A stretch of DNA of 64,000 nucleotides from Zygnema circumcarinatum SAG 698-1b (taxonomy: Eukaryota; Plantae; Zygnematophyceae): positions 1,488,001 through 1,552,000 of the forward strand of contig CM074814.1 in NCBI GenBank assembly GCA_037447605.1, given 5' to 3'. Positions 1 to 9,057 of the stretch are shown here, in pieces. The translations under genes were made by a program, and so were the position numbers. The notes under the pieces were generated by a model, which saw nothing but the letters and a program-made list of their open reading frames with translations, searched no databases and was not told the origin of the DNA. How positions within the stretch are numbered: the first letter of the stretch is position 1; every line of letters begins with the position of its first letter.

Positions 1-840
1 TCATTGCCAAGGCTAAGAATGCTCAGAAGCAAGCAGGTGAGATTGCACAACAGGGACAGGAGGCTGCAGAAGAAAAGTCTCAGGGAATTCTGGAGAGTGC
101 AAAGCAGTATGCGCAAGGCATTTATGGTGCAGCTCTCGGGCGTGTGAAGTCCACACCGGACGAAGTTCAGGACAGCGCTGCCAACGCAAAGGTATGCCTG
201 TTTACCTTCTGACGCCTAAAATTTTCTTGGCGACATAGTGACTATTCTCATCCGTGGGTTTCCTTGCCAACGAGGCAGTGCTGTAGCAATTTGTGTTCGA
301 GGAGCAATACCAACTTACAAAGCTATGTTGCACAAACGCTGAATGGTTTTTGGGCAGGAACAAGTTGCAACAGACCAGGACATGAAGGAGAAATCCGGAC
401 AGTCGTACGACATAGCCGAGGGGAAAGCTGGACAGCTGTATTCTTCAGCTCAGGAGCAGACTGCTCAAGCCTACTCTGGCGTAAGAGAGGCTGCAGGCGA
501 TTTGGTGCAGGGAATCAAAGAGAGATTGGGATACGCTGGAGAACAAGTGACCCAGGCAGAGGCAGCTGGGACAGCAGGAGGTGCAGCCACAGCCGAGCAC
601 AAGGCGAGTGAGCCAAGTTCTGAGACAGAGGGCAAATCCGCTTCAGTCCTTGAGACAACAGGAAATGTGGTTGTTGGAACTCTGCAGTACGTTAAGGAAG
701 CAGTACTCGGATCAGGCAGTGGCGATATCAACGAGTCCACGTCATCAGCAAAGACCGATGCGTCTGCAGGATCTGGTACTTCTGGAGTCTTCCAAACTCT
801 ATCAGGGAAAAGGGCAGCCAAGAAAATTTCCAAATTATAA
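1..840 (+). CDS. LEA-like hydrophilic protein (group 3/LEA_4-like), 5'-partial
   Basis: Exons <1-191 and 358-840 (AAG|GTATGC donor, GGGCAG|GAA acceptor, phase 0). Reads IAKAKNAQKQAGEIAQQGQEAAEEKSQG...EQVATDQDMKEKSGQSYDIAEGKAGQLYSSAQEQTAQAY, A/Q/E/K/G-rich with no Cys or Trp. The start lies upstream of the window. Confidence 0.75.
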
Positions 841-1776
841 TTCTGAAACTGAAACTTTCGTTAGCTTTAGTATCAGGTTTTGTCCGCATGGTCGCATGGA
901 TTGTCAGCGAGGGGTTTAAATAAGTCTCGCTTGAGATGGCGCTCCTCGAGACCAGTCAGATATCATTTGCGGTCTTTGCAGCTGGAAGAGCTCTCTGACG
1001 AGTCCCTAAGCTCCACCTGTACAGATGATCATGCACCGTTGCTGGCCCATGTCTCCGTCCATGAATGAATTACCTTCAGCATCCCGATTTCCTCTTTCGA
1101 CACAAAGTTTGAAATTGTGCATCCAGACTAGTCCATTCACTTAGCAGGTAGGCGGAGAACGTCTCGACGGTCTGTTAGGATACAGTGGAAGTGCGTAGAG
1201 CAATAGTGGTGCAGGCTTGGCCACTGAAGCAGTTAAGTCTGGCATGCAGGTGGGCGAGAACTAATTTCAAGAATCTTCAACCCTATATCCAAACTGTAAC
1301 AAGGATGCAAGCTGCTGTTTTTATCCGAATCAAGTTCAAAATATCTGAAAGAGTTACATTCTAAGGCAAAACTTTCCGATGGTGTTTTCCGGGATAATTT
1401 TGAGTGACTTGATGGGCTTACGTCTCGGTCTCAAACGATTTTTTTATGATATGCTTCACTGAATATGACCTGCACAATGGTGTTTCATTTCTGCCCGCTT
1501 TACTTGGTGAATGATTTAAACATGACATGGATCTTTTTTTAGCTTTGTTTAACACTTGGCCCACGCAAATGCCACTGTAAGGTTCACTGCCACGGCTTAT
1601 TAACGGTTGCACTGGAATGAGAGTAATTTTGTAGTTTGAAGTCGTAGAGTTAATTTGAAGGGTGAGTTCTCTCTTTAAACGTGCAGCTTTGTTTTGAATT
1701 TAACACGTTTTAACCCTCCGTATCAGAATAGTGTCGCGTCGGCTTGAGGAACAAATACGACGAGGTGAATTGCAAC

Positions 1777-2220
1777 TGCGAGTAAGCAGGAAAGTTCGAA
1801 AAAGAAGCCGCCAACGAGGAAACAACAAGCTTACTGTGAAAAGAGTAAGAATTACAAAAGTCACGAAATGAGGAGTAACACTTGAAATGCGACGAGAATG
1901 AAATTATAAGGAAACCGACGGAAGGAAAATGGTTTAGTTTGTGAAGGTGAATGTACAACAAACAAATCGAATCATGGGGGGAACATAGCCGTGTCTCCTA
2001 CATTACGCCGCTTGACTTGCTCTTCACAGTGTCCAGCGTGTTCTCTACCAAGCGTTGCGCGTTGGCAACGTTGCCTCCTGTCTTCCCCTGCGCAACATCT
2101 CCTACGCTGCCTACACGCTCCTTAACATCTGAAGTAACATTATCAGCGCTGCCTTTGGCGTCGTCTGCAACATTACCAAGATTATTCAAGAGAGACATCT
2201 CCCAGGGCCATGTCCGCATT
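1777..2220 (-). pseudogene. Inverted partial duplicate of the 3' end and 3' flank of the LEA-like gene at 9058-11014
   Basis: Reverse complement aligns to ~10976-11362 with scattered substitutions. Encodes RNADMALGDVSLE* and then, in a shifted frame, NLGNVADDAKGSADNVTSDVKERV...KSSGVM*. The 5' part of the gene is absent. Confidence 0.8.
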
Positions 2221-3244
2221 TCTTTCATTTCTCCTGCTGTTGTCGTGCATGCGCATGTCATGGCATCGCCATCCATCCTGTGACCCATGCCAGATCCACC
2301 TCCTTTTCATATGATGTGCTGAAGTTCATAACGAAGCAACACAACCACGGCCACGTCACTCGCCATAAGCATGACGTCAGACAGTTGCCTGGTTTGAAAC
2401 TGAGAAACTGTTGTAGTTCGGTGCGCAGTTGGAGATAACGGAACGGCGGCAGCAGCGAACGTCTTGGACACCTCCCGCTCTTGCCTCCCGTGCAAGGCCC
2501 GGGGCGGCCATGGCGCCTGCATCACCAGCTGCAGCTGCAGCAGCAGCAGCCTCGAAGGCGGGCGGGCCATGGCGTTGGAAAGGCCTGACAGAAGAGTCCG
2601 GGCGTGGCCGGACGAGGGTGAAGGTGGCGAGGAGGTATTTTTGGCTCCCGCTGAGCTGGTAATTCTGCACGTTGTCGTCTATGGATAACAGGAGCGGAGG
2701 AGGAGGAGATAGTGGGTGCTATTGTGCGCGTTCCTCTGTCCCCAGATTAGAGACGGTTTTTACATTTACTCTGCCCGAGAGTCTCAGCGGGAGAAAAAGT
2801 TCCCCCTTCCTATAGCGCTTGGTCATGCAGCAGGCACTCACGCAGAACTGTGCGAGATACTGGTGAGTTGGAGCGTGAATTTCTCCACTATTGAATCGTT
2901 TTATTCGAATTTAAGAAAATTGAACAGCCTTTGATACCTTTTTGGTCTTTGTTTTGGAGAATGTTTGTTCTGCAGTCACAGAAGTATGTCGAGGAGGCAG
3001 CAAGGATTGGAAGGCAGTTTGTTGTCTGCGCTTGCACGGATGAGGTGAGCGTTCAAGTACTCCCATATGCAAAGGATTGCACGACGTAGCCTGCGAGACT
3101 TATTTTTCAATGTGGTGCCTCACATACTTCATTCTGCTTACAAACTCTCAGATAACATTACTTTCTCTTGGACTGCTGCAGAAGGTCTCTTAAATCTTGA
3201 GCTCTACAATAATTTACTTGCTTGAATCGGATCTCTCTTGCATT

Positions 3245-3379
3245 AGGGGGTGTCAGACTTAAAAATTGTTCGTAAGTTTGAGACCAGAACGAGTACTTCG
3301 GTGACATCGCAATCCTGGTGCGGCGGAGTACTTACAAAACTTTTTTGTTCGTAAGATTTCGTTAAGTCTGACACCCCCT
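3245..3379. mobile_element. MITE 1 (135 bp), TIR AGGGGGTGTCAGACTTAA, 3-bp TSD ATT
   Basis: Perfect 18-bp terminal inverted repeats; ATT at 3242-3244 and 3380-3382. Confidence 0.88.
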
Positions 3380-3382
3380 ATT

Positions 3383-3980
3383 AGGGCGTGTCAGACTTAA
3401 CAAAATGTTACGAATATCGAGTTTTTAGTATTACGAGAATCGAGGTTACTAAGTACTAAAAATCATCGCTCCCCCGAACCTAAACCAAACCGAACGGAAG
3501 TCAACTGTGCTAAGTCAACGGGTCAACGTTGCGAAGATTGACCTGTGGGGTTTACTGAAATTGCATTTCTTCGCACGATTTTGTTCGCACCCAAAAGAGG
3601 CGCCGAAATGGACGTGCGAAGAAAATACTGGCGAAAATCGCGTCAACGTGACGGCATGGTTGTTTTCCCGGTTTCCCGCCCGCGCCCGCGCCCGCCCGTG
3701 ACGCGCAACACGACACAACGATCGCAACACGACACAACGACAAGCGGTCTCCGCGCGCCGCGCCGGCGCTGTTTCTAAGTCTGAGGGCCCCGCGCGAGGG
3801 CGAAGTTGCGAAGACGGCGTTTGGAGAAGTGCGAAGACGGCGATCGCGGAGTGCGAACAGGATCGCGCCGCGAGTGCGAAAAACTACGCTCGGGAATTTT
3901 AGTTTTACTGACGTTGACTCGAAATGTTACGAATATCGAGTTTTTAGTATTACGAGAATTTTTTAAGTCTGACACGCCCT
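3383..3980. mobile_element. MITE 2 (598 bp), same family, TIR AGGGCGTGTCAGACTTAA, TSD ATT
   Basis: Perfect 18-bp TIRs; ATT at 3380-3382 and 3981-3983; internal 38-bp direct repeat at 3403-3440 and 3922-3959. Confidence 0.88.
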
Positions 3981-3985
3981 ATTAG

Positions 3986-4423
3986 TGTGAAAGATGATGA
4001 TGCTGCGGGTTGTACGGACTGTTGTACGGAAGATGTACGGATGTATGTACGGACAGGTGTACGGATACTATACGGAATGTGTACGGGCGAAAGAGAGACT
4101 GCGCGTGTGAGAGAGTTCAGGAAGGTCTGTGCAGGAAGAGAAGTGTCAGGCGGAGGAGAAGCGTCTGGCGAAGCGTCGCAAATGTATGGTGCTCAGGAAG
4201 GAGGATTCAGAAAGGAGAATTCTGGAAGCTTAGACATTGGGTAGAAAAGAAGCGCTGCGCAGATGTAGAATACAGTGAAGAGAGAACAGGAAGAGAGAAG
4301 AGAGGATGAAGTGATCTGTAATGAGGCCTCATATGAAATAAAGAAGTGTTTATGAGTTGTGTGTTGATTTTGTGAGAACATGTGTTTTGTATGTCAAGCT
4401 TGAATGTGTTCTCTTCTGTCACA
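3986..4423. mobile_element. Solo LTR (438 bp) of an LTR retrotransposon, TSD ATTAG
   Basis: TGTGA...TCACA termini; 5-bp direct repeat ATTAG at 3981-3985 and 4424-4428; near-identical copy at 16506-16942. Confidence 0.9.
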
Positions 4424-4426
4424 ATT

Positions 4427-4585
4427 AGGGGGTGTCAGACTTAACAAAATCTTACGAAAAGCGTTACGAAAAAAAAGGTTACGAAAGTATTCCGCCGCAG
4501 GAGGATCGCGATTATACTGGAGTACTAGTTCTGATGTCAAACGTACGAACACGCGTACTGAATTTTTTTAAGTCTGACACCCCCT
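4427..4585. mobile_element. MITE 3 (159 bp), same family, inverted relative to MITE 1, TSD ATT
   Basis: Perfect 18-bp TIRs; ATT at 4424-4426 and 4586-4588; interior is homologous to the reverse complement of MITE 1. Confidence 0.88.
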
Positions 4586-4801
4586 ATTGTAGATGAATTG
4601 CCTGTGGCGTTCCTGCAATGAGCGTGAAAGCCTCTTCCTCATGGTTACATGCAATGCAGAAATTGATGACTTAATCTGCCTGCGTAAATGCTACCCATAA
4701 CGTGTAGGAAGCGGACAAAATGACTGGAGAAATCATGCGTTATACGATATTCAAAACTTTGGAGTACCTGCCAAGCGGGAAGAGCTCGTGGACGAGGTGA
4801 A

Positions 4802-4850
4802 CAAGACGTACAAAAACCGCCGAGCCGAGCCGAGGTTTTTGTACGTCTTG
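4802..4850. repeat. Perfect 17-bp inverted repeat with 15-nt loop
   Basis: CAAGACGTACAAAAACC (4802-4818) / GGTTTTTGTACGTCTTG (4834-4850); loop GCCGAGCCGAGCCGA. Confidence 0.9.
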
Positions 4851-5175
4851 ACCAATAACGAAAAAGGAACCCTCCAGGAACCCTGTACTGTACTGTATCG
4901 AACCTCCAGGTGTGTAGTACGGAACTATAAAAAACACTCCACCGTACGCTCGTACATACAGTACGCCAGTGCGGCTCGGGCGTGACCGTCCGTACGGTAG
5001 ACCTCGCATCCCCGGCCGTGGCAGGCGGAGGCGGCACGCGCCAGCCAGGGCGGTCGGGTCTCGGAGGGAGGGACGGAGGGAGAGGGAGAGGGAGAGGGAG
5101 AGGGAGGAAGAGAGCGGGCGGCTCTCTCCACCGCGCGAGGAGCAGACGGAGGGGGAGAGGGGGCGAGGGCCCGCG

Positions 5176-7956
5176 ATGGCTGGCGGCCAGAGCGTGCGCG
5201 TTTGCGTCACGGGAGGCTCTGGGTTCATAGCGTCGTGCCTTGTAGCGCGCCTGCTGGGAAAGGGCTATGCTGTCAGAGCCACAGTGCGCAATCCTGGTCA
5301 GCTGCTGGATTTCAACTGACTAATATAACGCTGCGAAATTGAAGGGCTTCATACAGCGCATGTATTGTAATGGAATGCAGAAACTGCAGTGTTTTTTGAT
5401 TTGCTAACGAATTGCGTTTGTAAGTGCTCAGTTTTTGAAGTGGTGGCCTCTCTCTATGTTTCATGTTTGAAAAAAAAAGGAAAAGAAAATGTGGCAATTT
5501 TGGTAAAATTGCCACATTTTTCTGCTATTCTATCGTATATGTCATGTTTTATGTGTGAATGCAAGGCAAGCTTTAACTTTGGAGTTAGGAGCATAAATGG
5601 CTATTGATCAGCGTCCGTTTATGGGAATGCTCCTTTGTGTTTAGGCGACACGGAAAAAACTGCCCATCTGCGAAGCCTACCATTTGCAGATGAAAGACTG
5701 GAGCTTGTACAAGCAGACTTATTGGAGGAGGGCAGCTTCAATGAAGCTGTCAAGGGTTGTGATGCAGTCTTCCACACTGCATCACCTTTCTTTGTCACAA
5801 ACATCACTAATCCCCAGGTACACATTTGGTTGCTAGGCGGACTCCAAAAAACTAGATCCTTTGCAGAAAATTTATGTGTGATCTTCTCTCGCTCTTTCGC
5901 TAGGAGACGAGTATTCGAGTAAGTATTCGTCTCCTAACGATGTGTCGTTTTGTCCCTGGTTTTGCCACGATGCAATGTGCAGGCACAATTACTCGATCCT
6001 GCAGTGAAGGGCACTCTCAATCTTCTCAGAGCTGTAGCAGCCACGGATGGGATCAGACGTGTTGTTCTCACTTCCTCCACTGCAGCTGTTGCTTGGGACC
6101 CAAACCGCGATCCCACAGCGCAGTTGGACGAGTCGTGTTGGTCCAGTGAGGAATTCTGCATACAAAATAAGGTGCTTGATGGCTTTGTGGAGGTTGTCGA
6201 TTCTTACAGTCTATTTGAGATGCACAAAAAGTTTCCATATAGCATCCTCGCAAGCTTGGCTTGGCAAACCGGGAGTAGCTGACTTTGTGTTTGACTCGAT
6301 TACAATCCTGAAATTGGCATGTCTGAAGCTAGCTTGTGGCCCTTCGAACAGTAAAGTGGATTTCAAGTTGCTCTTCCAAATGACTAAATGTGTAAAGCTG
6401 GAGTTTTCTTGCACCATGGCTATTTTTCGAATTTGCAAATGCTGAACTGTGTTGTGATAGGGAGCTCTCTTGGCTTACTATTCACGAAGTTTTGCGAGTT
6501 GACACGTGGCAGGATAGTGGTGATGGCGAGACTTGGGGATAACAGATGTGGTATCACCTTTCAAAGACTCAGGCAGAAAAGGCTGCGTGGAAGTTTGCAG
6601 AGGAGAAGGGCATCGATCTTGTGACGATCAACCCCGCCATGGTTATTGGAAAAATGCTCCAACCCACACTGAACACAAGTTCAGCAAGCATCCTCAAATA
6701 TCTCACAGGTTTGTACTTTATAGGGTTTCCTGGTCAAATTTTGTGAGCGAGTCGATTGCGGAGTTCTGTGTATCCCTTTCTGATAGTACACGCGACCAAA
6801 CATGTGTGTTGAGGATGGGCGGACTGACCACCTATTTTGGGCTAGTTTTGTTGAGCTCGTTTTAAATAAGAATGCTAGTTTTGTGTTTGATTCCTCTAGT
6901 GTCTCGTTGTCAAAATGAGGCCCTACTCATACTTGATCAGTGACTTACGCAATAAGGGTCATCTACTACATTATAACATCCAGCAGAGTTAGACTGTGGC
7001 AAGCTCTGCTTCCAAACCAGCAAAGAACCCTTCCCAAATGAAGTGAAGGTTGCGCTCACCCTCCATGTGCACTTCGGATTATGACCTGAATTCTTGTCAG
7101 TAGTAATGAATTCCACGCATTGAGGCTGTTGAATTCCCAATTGACTCCTTTCTCTGCTTTGAGTGTAGGGGAAAACCAGACCTATCCAAACTCCGTCATG
7201 GGGTGGGTCCATGTGGAGGATGTGGCTGATGCGCATATTTTGGCGTACGAGAACCCTAAAGCAGAGGGTCGGTATCTTTGCGTGTGTACGTACCTCCATT
7301 GGAGAGAACTGCTGACTGCGCTTCAGCAAATCTGCCCGGAAGCGCACATCACTCAGAAGTAAGGCCCACTGTCTGAGCCCCTCTTAGCTGTTGCTCTGAG
7401 CTCGCCTTGAAGGTAGAGGTCTTGTTTGTTCAGAAATGAAGTTCAAGCAAAGCGAAATTTGACATGTCAAGGAGCTTGTCAGTTCAGCTGGATACCCCCT
7501 TTTTTCTGCTCTCTCTTCGCAAGTAGACATGCATTTGTTATGAAGGAAGGTGAAGCTGAATAAATCTGCTGAAAATCAGCGTTTGTGATAGAGCATCGCA
7601 GATTGCGAGGGCAAAAGGTGCCCTGTGTTTTGTAATCTTTCCCACGTACAATCTGCGAATCTTGTTTGGGCTTTCGGAATGGTGTCTGAAGCAGTGAAGA
7701 ATGTTCCGACCACTACTTTTTTCTGCCGTCATCCACATGTTGGGAGAACATTCGTTCTCCGCTGGATGTCCTGACTGGCTAATCCTTTTGGAGCTTCCTT
7801 GGAGGTTGCAGGTGTGCAGATGACAACCCAGATGCTCTCCCACCTCTCCTCAACACGGACAAGCTGAAGGGCCTGGGGCTTCACTTCAGGACCATGCAAA
7901 CAATGCTCATTGATACGGCTGCAAGTCTCAGGGAAAGGGGCTTTTACAAGCCTTGA
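5176..7956 (+). CDS. Cinnamoyl-CoA reductase-like / DFR-like extended SDR (NAD(P)-dependent reductase)
   Basis: Exons 5176-5296, 5645-5817, 5983-6171, 6546-6708, 7169-7358, 7812-7956, all GT-AG and in frame. Motifs [12 protein letters not shown] (Rossmann), FHTASP, VVLTSS and catalytic WYHLSK (YxxxK). Confidence 0.93.
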
Positions 7957-8717
7957 CAGATGGGGACTGGGGACACCGTTGGGTGGGAATGACGAAATTA
8001 GCTATGCTTTAAGGGGGGTCCCCAGAACAATGATTCCGGTTACAAGGCTCTTCGTTGGCCTCAGGCCCTCTTTTGTTATTGGTTTAATGGGAAAGCTTGG
8101 GCGACGTTTTGCTTGATTTTTGTACTTTTTTGGAAATCAGCGGACAGTTGTAGCAGTGGCACGCCCCCTTCTCCAGTAGGAGAGATTCGACCGAGACCGT
8201 CTCCATAAGAGTCCGCAGTGTATGACCGCTTGCTACGACTGCTACCGCAGTGTATTGTAATGTCTAGCTCCATGTTACCACCCAGACCGGGAACTCTCCA
8301 AGGAAACTTCCCTTGCCCGACTGTAATTTTTGCAATGCAACAGAATAAACGTGGACATGCGTACGCACCGACTGAGGGCACTTGTGAAGTGTTGAAACAT
8401 AGCTGCCCATCTCTTCGCTTTTTATCGCTGTGCTGCCATGGTCGACTCAAACCTCCGCCTCCACAGCATGGAGCATGGCGCATGGAGCTTGGCATGGGCC
8501 TCCATACAAATCCGCCCGCCCTCAGAAAGCACGCCACCAGCCTGCCTGCGCTCCCTCCCTCCCTCCCTCCCTCCCTCCCTCCCTCCCGCGCCCCCCCCAC
8601 CCGCGGTTCGCCAACATTTCCACAAAACAGACGATAAAATTTACAATTCGGGACTCTTCATCCAGAGCGAGCGCGCAGGGAATCGCGGCGTCCAATGTGG
8701 GGCCGCCAGAGGCTCGC

Positions 8718-8818
8718 GCCACGTCAGCCGGAATGCGCCACGTGGCGCACAATGCCGGGATTCCGGCAGCCACGCGACCGCCACGTATTCTTGAAGCTCG
8801 AAAATGCGCCACGTGGCG
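8718..8818. promoter_or_regulatory. ABRE/G-box cluster upstream of the plastid LEA-like gene
   Basis: GCCACGTC 8718, palindrome TGCGCCACGTGGCGCA 8734-8749, GCCACGTA 8780 and GCGCCACGTGGCG 8806, about 240-340 bp before the ATG. Function is inferred from the motif only. Confidence 0.6.
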
Positions 8819-9057
8819 TGCAGGCGTGGAGGTCCGAGTTCCGGCGGTGGCATAAAGCCTGGCCAGATGGCGCTCGGAAGAGGCGAGTTGTTTCACCGAA
8901 GTTGGTCCACTGATTTGTTCATTCACTAGCTCCCAGCGTTGGCGTTGCTGCTGCGAGAGTAAAGAGGAGAAGCGTTTACAAGGCTGAGGGCTTCCGCTAA
9001 GCTTGAAGATTTGCAAGGTTTAAGGGAGGTTGTTGAGAAAAGGCTCTGGTTGGCATC

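Noticed and set aside
3242-4588. CRISPR-like reading of the palindrome-spacer array
   Set aside because: Eukaryotic context, no cas genes, spacers of 135-598 bp, and repeats are inverted pairs with TSDs, i.e. transposon ends.
4760-4830. REELVDEVNKTYK resembling the MULE cargo peptide RDELVQVVTEHYK
   Set aside because: Too short, no nucleotide-level match, and it overlaps a hairpin that constrains the sequence.
4802-4870. Helitron 3' end
   Set aside because: No CTRR terminus at the expected distance on either strand.
8265-8405. Small element flanked by TAGCT repeats
   Set aside because: No TG...CA or TIR termini matching the putative TSD; a 5-bp match is expected by chance.
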